Assembly: GCA_965208835.1 (NCBI GenBank)
Contig: OZ242358.1
Coordinates: forward strand, 1,120,001-1,184,000
Source of the DNA: Candidatus Latescibacterota bacterium
GTDB lineage: Bacteria > Latescibacterota > UBA2968 > GCA-2709665
DNA length: 64,000 nucleotides
Direction of reading: 5' to 3'
The stretch's first letter is position 1. Each line of letters starts with the position of its first letter. Of this stretch, positions 38,508 to 47,652 are shown piece by piece. The position numbers and the translations under genes were made by a program. The notes below the pieces were generated by a model. That model had not been told where the DNA came from. It searched no databases and worked only from the letters and a program-made list of their open reading frames with translations.

Positions 38508-40619
38508 ATGAAACTGGACGATCCAAAACTGTATACCAACCGGGAAATTTCCTGGCTTCGTTTTAATGAACGAGTGCTCGAGGAAGCCCGGGACCCGAGG
38601 AATCCTCTGCTGGAGAGGGTGAAATTCCTCGCCATCGTGGCAAACAACCTGGACGAGTTCTTCGAGATCCGCGTTGCAGGATTGCTGCAGCAGATGGAAG
38701 CCGGGGTTCCCGATGCCGGTCCCGACGGGCTGTTGCCCGAAGAGCTGTACGAAGCCGTTTCCACTGAAGCCCACCGGATGGTCGGTGAACAATATGCCTG
38801 CTGGAACGACGAGCTGTTGCCCGCGCTGAAAGAGGCCGATGTGCATATCCGTTCGTTGCAGGAACTCAATGCCGCTGAACAGGAATTCATCCGGGACTAC
38901 TGGCTGGATGAACTGCATCCGGTCATCACGCCCCTCACCGTCAACCCGGCCCATCCTTTTCCACGCGTGGTGAACAAGTCGCTTTGCCTGGCCGTATCGC
39001 TCAAGGACAGCGAGGGCGACACCCTGTTCGGGGTCGTTACGGTTCCGCGCGTGCTGCCCCGTCTCATCCGTCTGCCCAGAGAAGACGAGGTCCGGCGCGT
39101 GGATTACGTGTTTCTGGCGGACCTCGTACGCGCGCACATCCCCGAGCTTTACCGCGGTTATGAGATACTGGGCACTGCCGCGTTTCGTATCACGCGCAAC
39201 AGCGACCTCTACCTCGATGAAGAAGAAGCCGACGACCTTCTCCTGGCCATCGAAGATGAACTCAAACGCAGACGCAAGGGCGATACGGTACGGCTGGAAA
39301 TCGACGCGGCGGCGCCTAAACAGATCGAACGGAGGCTGCGGGCGATTTATCATCTTCGCGAAAAACAGGTCTACCGCGTCAACGGACCGGTCAATCTCAA
39401 TCGCCTGATGATGCTCTATGCGGCCACGAGACGTCCGGACCTGAAGGATGCGCCGTACCATCCGGCGGAATACCCCTTCGCCGAAGATCTCGACCAGCTC
39501 TTCGCCGAGATCCGGCAACGGGACATCCTGCTGCACCATCCATACGACTCGTTTTATCCGGTCGTTCAGTTTATTCAGTCCGCCGCGCGGGACCCGGACG
39601 TATTGGCCATTAAACAGACTCTTTATCGTACGACCGAAGACTCTCCCATTATGGATGCGCTGCTCAAAGCTGCGGAGGCGGGCAAAGAGGTTACCGTAAT
39701 TGTGGAACTCAAGGCCCGGTTCGACGAGGCTTCCAATATCCGATGGGCTCGGCAGCTGCAGGATGCCGGCGTATACGTCGCGTACGGCGTGGTCGGCCTA
39801 AAAACGCACTGCAAGCTCTCCATGCTGGTCCGTCGTGAGTCGGATGGTCTTCGCCGGTACGCCCACATCGGTACGGGCAACTACAACGCTACGACGGCGC
39901 GGATATATACGGATCTGGGTCTGATGACTGCCAGGGAAGACATCACCAGCGACGTGGCCGAGGTATTCAACCTGCTCACCACCCAATCTGAACGACCTGA
40001 AGTCAGGAAGCTGCTTGTCGCGCCATTCAATATGATGGATTCCATTCTGGCCAAAATCGATCGGGAGATTGAACACGCCAGGGCCGGACGACCCGCCCGC
40101 ATCGTCTGCAAAATGAACTCGCTTCAGGATGCAAGGGTCGCGCGAGCGCTCTACAAGGCTTCCCAGAATGGCGTTGACGTCGACCTGATCGTCCGTGGGA
40201 TTTGCTGTATTCGTCCCGGCATTCCCGGTATCAGCGATCGCATTCGCGTAAGAAGCATCGTCGGGCGTTATCTCGAGCACAGCCGCATTTACATGTTCGA
40301 AAACGGATCCAAGCCCGAGATATATACCGGGAGCGCGGACTGGATGCCTCGCAATCTCCGGCGACGTGTGGAAATCCTCTGCCCCATCGAAGATCCGGTA
40401 CTCATCCGGAAGATTCAGTCCTGGATTCTCTCCCCGTGCCTGGCGGATAATATCAAAGCGCGTGAAGTTCTGCCGGACGGCGACCATCGCCGCGTGGAAA
40501 CCACGAACGGACGGACACCCATTTCGTCACAGGAGATTCTGATGGGGCTGGCCAGAGGAGAACAGTTCGAGATTCCGGACTTCTTCGCCGCCAACGGGCC
40601 GGCCCAAACCTCCGCTTGA
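38508..40619 (+). CDS. ppk1: Polyphosphate kinase 1
   Basis: NREISWLRFNERVL, LLHHPYDSF, KQTLYRT, ELKARFDE, KTHCK, GTGNYN, SIVGRYLEHSR. Confidence 0.98.
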   Translation: MKLDDPKLYTNREISWLRFNERVLEEARDPRNPLLERVKFLAIVANNLDEFFEIRVAGLLQQMEAGVPDAGPDGLLPEELYEAVSTEAHRMVGEQYACWNDELLPALKEADVHIRSLQELNAAEQEFIRDYWLDELHPVITPLTVNPAHPFPRVVNKSLCLAVSLKDSEGDTLFGVVTVPRVLPRLIRLPREDEVRRVDYVFLADLVRAHIPELYRGYEILGTAAFRITRNSDLYLDEEEADDLLLAIEDELKRRRKGDTVRLEIDAAAPKQIERRLRAIYHLREKQVYRVNGPVNLNRLMMLYAATRRPDLKDAPYHPAEYPFAEDLDQLFAEIRQRDILLHHPYDSFYPVVQFIQSAARDPDVLAIKQTLYRTTEDSPIMDALLKAAEAGKEVTVIVELKARFDEASNIRWARQLQDAGVYVAYGVVGLKTHCKLSMLVRRESDGLRRYAHIGTGNYNATTARIYTDLGLMTAREDITSDVAEVFNLLTTQSERPEVRKLLVAPFNMMDSILAKIDREIEHARAGRPARIVCKMNSLQDARVARALYKASQNGVDVDLIVRGICCIRPGIPGISDRIRVRSIVGRYLEHSRIYMFENGSKPEIYTGSADWMPRNLRRRVEILCPIEDPVLIRKIQSWILSPCLADNIKAREVLPDGDHRRVETTNGRTPISSQEILMGLARGEQFEIPDFFAANGPAQTSA

Positions 40620-40622
40620 TAC

Positions 40623-40660
40623 AAAAAAAGACGGGGGACGCTTTTGCGATCCCCCGTCTT
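40623..40660. terminator. Terminator hairpin between convergent ppk1 and phoR
   Basis: aagacgggggacgc-tttt-gcgatcccccgtctt with a U tract on the minus strand. Confidence 0.8.
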
Positions 40661-40679
40661 CATTTCGTTCGCTCTGTTA

Positions 40680-40843
40680 AGAAGCTGTCTTAAAATCCCC
40701 AGCGGTCTTCGCGCGGCTGCAAAAGCGCCGGTCGGCGTTGGTCAAATCCACCCGTATAGGCAAATAGGGGCGGATTTTCCCGCCTTGACCGCCAATTTTT
40801 CGCTCGCGCTCGGGAACTCACCGGTAATTTTAAAACAGCTTCT
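40680..40843 (+). mobile_element. MITE family A, copy 1
   Basis: TIRs agaagctgtcttaaaat / attttaaaacagcttct; nearly identical to 43741-43928; overlaps the phoR stop. Confidence 0.85.
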
Positions 40844-42281
40844 AAGCAATCGGCAATGTGAAGCCGAACGTCGAGCCCGAACCGAGTACGCTCTTTGCGT
40901 AAACCCGTTCTCCGTGGGATTCGATGATATGACGGACGATCGAGAGCCCCAGACCGGTTCCACCCAGACTCCTCGAACGTCCCTTTTCCACACGGTAAAA
41001 CCGTTCGAACACGCGCGGCAGCGAATCCGAAGGAATTCCGATACCGTTATCCACGACCTCCAGCACCACAACTCCGGCCGGCCTTGAAACAGAGTCCGCG
41101 CGGTCGGCTTCCGCCGCAAGAACAAACCCCGGCGTGTTGTCCGAGCCCGCGACATCCTCGTCCTTGCCGAACCGCCTGACAGCAACCCGCACCCTTCCGC
41201 CCCGCGGTGTATATTTCACCGCATTGTCCAGCAGGTTTACCACAGCCTGCTCAATCAACCTCGGGTCGCCTCGAACCGACAGTTCATCCGGAATCGCCAC
41301 CAAAACCGCAATGCCCTTGTCGGCGGCCTGTTGTCGGATTGAGTCGTACGCCCGGTCTACCGCCCGCCGGATTGCGAAGTCCTGCATTTCAACCGTCAGA
41401 CGGTCGGACTGCAGCCGTGAGAGGTCCAGCAGGTCTTCCAGCAGCAGCAGTAGCCGGTCTGAATGCGCGAGTATGGTCTGCACAAATCGATCGGCGCTGG
41501 CGCGGTCTTCAAGCGCGCCGTCGGCCAGCGTATCCGCGCACCCTTTGATGGCCGTCAGCGGGGTACGTATTTCATGGGATACATTGGCCACGAAATCCTT
41601 GCGCGCACGCTCCAGCCGATGCAATTCCGTCGTGTCGTAGAAAACCGCCACCACACCCATTCCCGCGCCCTCCCTGCGAACCGGTCCGACGTGTACGTCG
41701 AAGTGTCGTTCGGGCATACCTGAGGTCGTCATCGGATGCGTCAGGGCCTCTCCGGTTTTCAGGGTATGTTCGATCGCCTCCTGGACCCCTACGTCGCGGA
41801 TCATTTCCACCGGGGGTCGGCCTGCCGTGGTGGAAGTCACGCCGAAGAAGCGCTCGAAGGTGCGGTTGGTCAGCAGAACCCGGCCGTCGCGTCCCGTAAC
41901 AAGGATCCCCGCGGTAATGTCCGCGAGGATCGTCTCAAGTCGCGATTTTTCTCCGAGGATGTCCGCGATCCGGTCCCGGATCTGCTGCCGCGTTGAATCC
42001 AGTGCCCTTGCGAGATCCCTGATTTCTCGCGGCGAGGCGTCGGACGGAACCCTTTCATCGAAGTCGCCCGCCCCTATGGAGCGCGCGACCCCGGTCAGTT
42101 TCCGCAATGGCCGCGACACCGATCGGGAGACACTATAGGTCAGCAGCAGCGCCAGGGCCAGCCCCAGCAAAGTGGCCAGCAGGATTTCGTGAACCGTACG
42201 GTTTACGTACAGATGCACGGTTACCGTGGCAATAGCGATCACCGCCGCACAGAGCAGCATCAGCCGCCAATGCAGTCGCAT
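40842..42281 (-). CDS. phoR: Sensor histidine kinase PhoR (TM-HAMP-PAS-HisKA-HATPase)
   Basis: DFVANVSHEIRTPLT, NLLDNAVKYT, DNGIGIP, FERFYRV, GGTGLGL; Pho cluster context. Confidence 0.9.
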   Translation of the reverse strand: MRLHWRLMLLCAAVIAIATVTVHLYVNRTVHEILLATLLGLALALLLTYSVSRSVSRPLRKLTGVARSIGAGDFDERVPSDASPREIRDLARALDSTRQQIRDRIADILGEKSRLETILADITAGILVTGRDGRVLLTNRTFERFFGVTSTTAGRPPVEMIRDVGVQEAIEHTLKTGEALTHPMTTSGMPERHFDVHVGPVRREGAGMGVVAVFYDTTELHRLERARKDFVANVSHEIRTPLTAIKGCADTLADGALEDRASADRFVQTILAHSDRLLLLLEDLLDLSRLQSDRLTVEMQDFAIRRAVDRAYDSIRQQAADKGIAVLVAIPDELSVRGDPRLIEQAVVNLLDNAVKYTPRGGRVRVAVRRFGKDEDVAGSDNTPGFVLAAEADRADSVSRPAGVVVLEVVDNGIGIPSDSLPRVFERFYRVEKGRSRSLGGTGLGLSIVRHIIESHGERVYAKSVLGSGSTFGFTLPIA

Positions 42282-43729
42282 CTCACGCGCTTTCCTCCGG
42301 CGAACCCGTTGTATTCGTCAAGGAACCACTCGGCCTGTTTGGTCATAAAGACGCCGATCTCCTCGCCCTTGAAGCCGAATGATATCATTAGCCTTCCAAA
42401 ATACATGTCCGTAATGAGGACTTCCATGTTGATCGTCTGGTCGTCGATCCACGCGGCCGAGGCCTGGCACTCGTATTCGACGCCTGGGATCGAGCCAATC
42501 TGCTCGCCGAAGTAGTTGCGTTGCGGGAACCTGCCGGACAGCATGCGCCCGATACCGAACCGCAGCACGTTGTCGCCCTGACCGTTGGTGTACTCCCACG
42601 TGCCCCGGTCGTCTTCGAAGGACAGGCGCATGCGGGTGATCCCCATCGGGTTGTCCTCCAAAACATACCAGGTTCCGTGGACGTCCGAGGCCGCCGCCGA
42701 GTCGCGTCCTCCTGGGACCGGCAGGACTTCCAGCCGGGTGATTGTATCGGAGAGTTCCGCATGTGCGTCGGGATCCTCCGGAAGCGGCGCGTCCGAAAGG
42801 TGGGGAAGGAGTTCCTCGCGCACCACGGTGGAAATGCCGCTGCCGGACGGCGCGCCCTGCGTGTCGGAGATGCACGCGAACAGAAACGCCCGGTCTGGAA
42901 AACAAACCGCGATCTGACTACCCATCCCGCGGAACGAGAATCCGTTCTCATTCTCACGCCAGATCTGATACCCGTATCCGCAATTGCCTCGGATGGCGTT
43001 GTCGATCTGTCTGGCGGTCGCGGCTCTCACGTACTCCTCGGGCAGGACCCTTTCGTCGCCCCACGTGCCTCCGTTCATACATGCCAGCGCGACTCTGGCC
43101 AGATCGCGAAGCGTGCAGATGACACCCGACCCGCCCCACGACACGCCCTCGGGCGTACGGATGCACCACGCATCGGCAGAGAAACCGATCCGATCCAGGA
43201 AACGCGGTCGCATATAGTCCAGAAAGGGCATGCCTGAAAGCCGTTCGACCACGGCCGTTAGCACCACGGTTGCCGCCGTGTCGTAAGAAAAGATCGTTCC
43301 GGGAGGATGAGAGGGGGGTCGGTTGAAGAAGGTCCATACCCAGTCAGGATCGTCGCGTGTATAGGTAGTTCGCGAATGGGGGGTCGACATCGTCAGGAGA
43401 TCCCGGACAGTCGAGGCTGAAAGCCACGGATGAAGGTCTTCGGGCACTTTGTCCGGAAAGTAGTCCGCGACCCGATCATCGAGGGCGAGCATGCCTTCGT
43501 CGATCATCAGTCCGACAGCCAGCGCCACGAAGCTCTTGCTGACGGAATACATACGGTGCTTGCGCTCAGCCGTCCACGGGGCCCAGTAACCCTCAGCCGC
43601 GATTTTGTTGTGAAGCGCAAGCAGGAACCCGTGCATGCAAATGCGCTCAGAATCGACCCGCTTGAGGAAATTCAGGACCGCCCGTGAGGGTATCCCCAGG
43701 CTCTCAGATGAAGGCGCCAATGTAAACAT
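42260..43729 (-). CDS. Serine hydrolase (class C beta-lactamase / NylB-like)
   Basis: YSVSKS (SxxK), TVRDLLTM, PGTIFSY, YGYQIW, FRGMGSQ. Confidence 0.9.
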   Translation of the reverse strand: MFTLAPSSESLGIPSRAVLNFLKRVDSERICMHGFLLALHNKIAAEGYWAPWTAERKHRMYSVSKSFVALAVGLMIDEGMLALDDRVADYFPDKVPEDLHPWLSASTVRDLLTMSTPHSRTTYTRDDPDWVWTFFNRPPSHPPGTIFSYDTAATVVLTAVVERLSGMPFLDYMRPRFLDRIGFSADAWCIRTPEGVSWGGSGVICTLRDLARVALACMNGGTWGDERVLPEEYVRAATARQIDNAIRGNCGYGYQIWRENENGFSFRGMGSQIAVCFPDRAFLFACISDTQGAPSGSGISTVVREELLPHLSDAPLPEDPDAHAELSDTITRLEVLPVPGGRDSAAASDVHGTWYVLEDNPMGITRMRLSFEDDRGTWEYTNGQGDNVLRFGIGRMLSGRFPQRNYFGEQIGSIPGVEYECQASAAWIDDQTINMEVLITDMYFGRLMISFGFKGEEIGVFMTKQAEWFLDEYNGFAGGKRVRCDCIGG

Positions 43730-43740
43730 CCCAATCCCCC

Positions 43741-43928
43741 AGAAGCTGTCTTAAAATTCCCAGCGGTCTTCGCGCGGCTGCAAAAGCGCCGGTCGGCGTT
43801 GGTCAAACCCACCCGTCTTACGAGATCGAGGCTGCGCTTGCTCGCCTCTCATAGGCGGGTTCTCCCGCCTTGACCGCCACTTCTTCGCTCGCGCTCGGGA
43901 GCTCACCGGTAATTTTAAAACAGCTTCT
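43741..43928 (+). mobile_element. MITE family A, copy 2
   Basis: Same TIRs and arms as copy 1 with a longer central loop; overlaps the phoB stop. Confidence 0.85.
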
Positions 43929-44632
43929 CAGTGTTCTTCCATGAATCGGTAACCTACGCCTCGAACCGTCTCCACCATTTCGCTGGCGCCGCCCAGCTTC
44001 TCCCGAAGTCGCCGGATATGCGTATCCACGGTCCGGCCGTAACCGGCGTAATCGTAACCCCAGACGGTGTTCAGCAGTTCTTCGCGGGACTGCACGCGCC
44101 CCCTGCGCTCTGCCAGCGTAGCCAACAGACTGAATTCGGTGGATGTCAACGCCAGTACGTCGCCGTCCACGGTTACCCTGTGGGCGGCTTTGTCGATGGA
44201 AAGAGGACCGAATGTCATCGCGTCCGCATCCGACTCTTCCCCTACTGAATCCCGCCCTTCCGCCAGCCGCCTCAGGATGGCCTGGATGCGCAGCGTCAGT
44301 TCACGGACGGAAAACGGTTTTACGACATAGTCGTCCGCTCCCAGCTCCAGCCCGACGACACGGTCGACTTCCTCGGCGCGCGCGGTCAGCATGAGAATGG
44401 GCAGGTCCCGGGTTTCTGCATCCTGCTTCAGCATCCTGCAGACTTCCAGCCCGTCCATGCCCGGCAGCATGACGTCCAGTACGACCAGATCGGGAAGCTC
44501 GTTCCGGATCAATTCGAGCGCCGCCTCGCCTGAATCGACGGCAGCCACGGTAAAGCCCGCCTTCTCAAGGTTGTACGAGACGATCTCCTGAATATCGACT
44601 TCGTCTTCAACCACCAGAATGTTGCCTGTCAT
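43928..44632 (-). CDS. phoB: OmpR/PhoB-family response regulator PhoB
   Basis: ILVVEDE, LDVMLPG, GLELGADDY, RTVDTHIRRLREKL, TVRGVGY. Confidence 0.9.
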   Translation of the reverse strand: MTGNILVVEDEVDIQEIVSYNLEKAGFTVAAVDSGEAALELIRNELPDLVVLDVMLPGMDGLEVCRMLKQDAETRDLPILMLTARAEEVDRVVGLELGADDYVVKPFSVRELTLRIQAILRRLAEGRDSVGEESDADAMTFGPLSIDKAAHRVTVDGDVLALTSTEFSLLATLAERRGRVQSREELLNTVWGYDYAGYGRTVDTHIRRLREKLGGASEMVETVRGVGYRFMEEH

Positions 44633-44862
44633 GGATGCCCTCGCATGAGCAACAGTCCCGTCGCCTGCCGGGTATCTGGACGTCAACGCCTCTCCAGTTT
44701 CCAATATACAAAAAGGAACAAGACGGGCAATGCTCCAGTGGCCAGTATTGAGCTACCGGCCGAAATAAACCCCGTTTGCCCACCACGCAGGATATCAACG
44801 AGACAGGAGGACACTCCGAATGATGCGGCGAATGGGTGTATTCATGCTCCCGGGAAAGGAAT

Positions 44863-46827
44863 CTATACGGGAGAAAAGGAAATCTCGCCCGGCCAGGGGT
44901 CACAGCGCCCCAATCGGACGGACACCGTGTCTCCGGGCGCCACGTCAGCGGAAGCCCTGATATCCGTCTGAAACGCAAAATCCAGCACTTCAACGCGTAG
45001 AGTCCGCTCGCGCTTATCCAGCACCACGGCTTCAAACACTCCTCCTACGCGATCCTGCAGATAACGGAACAGCCAGTACCGCTCCCGCTGCCGCTCGATG
45101 CGGATCAGGTTGCGCATCCGTTCTTCAGATTCGAAAACCACACGCTGGATGCGTTCATTGTCATAAGGAAGAGGCTGATCCAGCAGATACGCCCCCACCT
45201 GACGTTGAACGGCCAGGTCCGTGTACCGGCGCAACGGCGAAGTGGCCTGGCAATACGCATCCACACCCAGTCCGCCGTGCGGTTCCGGCGTCAGGCTTAT
45301 CGACGCCCGCCGCATTCGGCGCAGCACCCTGTACCGGCGTAGTACCTCGTTCTCCGCGTCGCTGAAATCCGCCGGTTCCGGCGCCGCCTGAACACGGTAC
45401 ACCACCGGAATATCCCGGTCCCGGCAGAACCTCGCCATCGCCGTGTTGGCCATTACCATCATCTCGCTCACGAGGAGGTTTGCAGGGGACCTGCCGTCCT
45501 GCAACGATACCTGGACATCCCCGTTATCCGTTATCCGGATCCGCCGATTCGGGTGTTCCACGTCTATTGCGCCGTTTTGCAGGCGCTCTATGCAGTGCCA
45601 CTCGGCTACCGTTTGCAGTTCCGAAAGATCACCGTGCAGTGCATGGGACGGATCCGCCAGAATTCCGTCCGCGGCTTCATACGATAGCTTTTCACGGCAT
45701 CGTACGACCGACGGGACGATTTCAACGCATTTGACCGACCCATCCGTGGAAACGTCGAAAAGCTGACTGAGAGCCAGCCGCGGCGCGCCCGGACGCAGAC
45801 TGCCCAGATCGCTCGACACCGTCTCAGGAAACATGGGAATCTTCCGGTCCGGGAAGTAGAGGCTCGACACCCTCGAGGCCGCTTCGCGGTCCGCTTCCGA
45901 ATCCAGGGGTACCAGCCCTGCAACGTCGGTGATGTGTACGCCAACCTGCCTGGTTCCGTCGGGTCGCATCAAAACCGACACGCCGTCGTCCATGTCGGTC
46001 GTTGCCGCGTCGTCGACCGCGTAAACCGCGAGGTTCGTGAAATCCCTGCGCCGTCCGTCGTCCAGCAGCGGAGACAAACGCAAACCGTCCAACGCCTCGA
46101 TGACAACCTCCGGAAAATCGACCGGCACGTCGGCGCGGATCAAATCCAGGTGTTCATCCGGACCCCAAACGCCGTCGCGGACAAGCCGATTGAAAACAGT
46201 GTGCGGGGCCACCCGCGCGCCCGCCATCCGTTCCACCCAGTCCGCGTGGACACTCCTCTCATGGCGTAAGACGTAATCCTTGAGCCGATCGACCCATCCT
46301 TCGACCGACTCCGTCGGTTCCTCCCTGCATTCGTGCAGCCAGCGCCGAAATCGGGCCCTTTCCTCGACACGCGCTGCCTGACGGACCACAGCGGCCTGTC
46401 GAGCCCGGACCTCTTCCTCGCTCAAAGCGCGGTACCCGTCCCCCCGCCTTTCCGCCTCGAAATAGAGGTTCTGCTCGAGATGTACCAGCAGCGCGGCCCG
46501 CTGATGGGCCGTAACATTTCCGCTGAAAAAGAGATCCGCCAATTCATCCACGGTCCAGGCATCCGCGTCATCACGAAGCAGTTCCCATGTATCCTCGAGA
46601 TCTATGCCTGTGCTCTGCTCCTCCGCGCGCGCCATCCATTCGGCCGCGCCGGTCCAGTCATCGGCGGTTTCACCTGTGCGGAGCAGCACGTTCTCGACCG
46701 GCGTGGTCATTGTTTCCTTCCGGGCTGTCGCGAAACGCAGTTTTCCGCCACGCGAAGACAGGCACACCCCCGCCATCAACCGGTTGCGGTATCGAAAAAA
46801 GGCAATCTCGTTTTCCATGACATCCAT
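44863..46827 (-). CDS. Ribonuclease II/R (RNB domain)
   Basis: VDDAATTDMDDG, GVHITDV, EMMVMAN, HGGLG...ATSPLRRYTDL, C-terminal S1; start uncertain (46818-46899). Confidence 0.93.
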   Translation of the reverse strand: MDVMENEIAFFRYRNRLMAGVCLSSRGGKLRFATARKETMTTPVENVLLRTGETADDWTGAAEWMARAEEQSTGIDLEDTWELLRDDADAWTVDELADLFFSGNVTAHQRAALLVHLEQNLYFEAERRGDGYRALSEEEVRARQAAVVRQAARVEERARFRRWLHECREEPTESVEGWVDRLKDYVLRHERSVHADWVERMAGARVAPHTVFNRLVRDGVWGPDEHLDLIRADVPVDFPEVVIEALDGLRLSPLLDDGRRRDFTNLAVYAVDDAATTDMDDGVSVLMRPDGTRQVGVHITDVAGLVPLDSEADREAASRVSSLYFPDRKIPMFPETVSSDLGSLRPGAPRLALSQLFDVSTDGSVKCVEIVPSVVRCREKLSYEAADGILADPSHALHGDLSELQTVAEWHCIERLQNGAIDVEHPNRRIRITDNGDVQVSLQDGRSPANLLVSEMMVMANTAMARFCRDRDIPVVYRVQAAPEPADFSDAENEVLRRYRVLRRMRRASISLTPEPHGGLGVDAYCQATSPLRRYTDLAVQRQVGAYLLDQPLPYDNERIQRVVFESEERMRNLIRIERQRERYWLFRYLQDRVGGVFEAVVLDKRERTLRVEVLDFAFQTDIRASADVAPGDTVSVRLGRCDPWPGEISFSPV

Positions 46828-46896
46828 ATCAGTGTCCGGTCCCGAGAATATCCGACTATTCTCCCGCCCAGTTATCCGGTCTCGCTGAAACGCGGT

Positions 46897-46980
46897 CATT
46901 GAGCTTGTCGAAATGCCCGCGTTCCATTATCCGTACGGGTCCATTAAGCAATCCTGCGCCGAACCTTCGACAAGCTCAGG
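46897..46980. repeat. REP-like inverted pair (TGAGCTTGTCGAA / TTCGACAAGCTCA)
   Basis: Perfect 13-bp IR at 46900-46912 and 46966-46978. Confidence 0.75.
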
Positions 46981-47011
46981 GGGCGGCTCTGCGTATCCGG
47001 CGCGCAACGGA

Positions 47012-47395
47012 CTATTGTTGCGGCTTTCTGGCGACCACGTCGATTTCCACCAGGATTTCCGGCAGGACGGACTGCACCGTGGTCCTGGCCGGCCGGACAC
47101 CCGTAAAGAACTCCGAATACACCCCATTGAAGGCGGCGAAATCGCCGATATCCGCCAGGTGGCACGTCGACTTGACCACGTCTTCCATGGTGCAACCGGC
47201 CTCGCGCAGGACCTTCCGGATATGCTCCAGCGTCGTGCGCGTCTGTGTCTCTATGTCATCCCCGATCACCTCGCCCGTGGCCAGATCCAGCGACGCATGC
47301 CCGCTCACGTAGACCCAGCCATCCGCTTCCACCGCCGCCGAATACGCCCCGGTATCCACCTGTTTGTCGGGGTGTTTGATCTCCCGTTTTCCCAT
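47012..47395 (-). CDS. RidA family imine deaminase
   Basis: YSAAV, YVSG, DFAAFNGVYSEFF, RPARTTV, VEID. Confidence 0.93.
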   Translation of the reverse strand: MGKREIKHPDKQVDTGAYSAAVEADGWVYVSGHASLDLATGEVIGDDIETQTRTTLEHIRKVLREAGCTMEDVVKSTCHLADIGDFAAFNGVYSEFFTGVRPARTTVQSVLPEILVEIDVVARKPQQ

Positions 47396-47584
47396 GGTTC
47401 CGCCTCCCCTGGTAGAGTATCCCTTGATTGTATTGACGCGTCAATATAGCGAATTCCCATGTATCTATCCAGCCGGATCTGCGTATCGGAATATTGCCCC
47501 GATGCGCCTTGCGTTTCGCCGACGAGGGCTTTATCTTTCCAGAATCTGCGGTGTCCGGAAGGACTCCTTCGCGTCTTGCGACTT

Positions 47585-47637
47585 CCGGGCGCCTTGCGAG
47601 CCGGGCGAAGGCCGCTGGGAATTTTAAAACAGCTTCT
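47585..47637 (-). repeat. MITE family A, partial divergent copy 3
   Basis: Reverse complement agaagctgttttaaaattcccagcggccttcgcccggct; second TIR not found. Confidence 0.7.
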
Positions 47638-47652
47638 GAGGAGAAACGCCAC

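Noticed and set aside
47494-47652. N-terminal extension of the esterase ORF
   Set aside because: It runs through the MITE A copy; an RBS and GTG at 47653 fit better.
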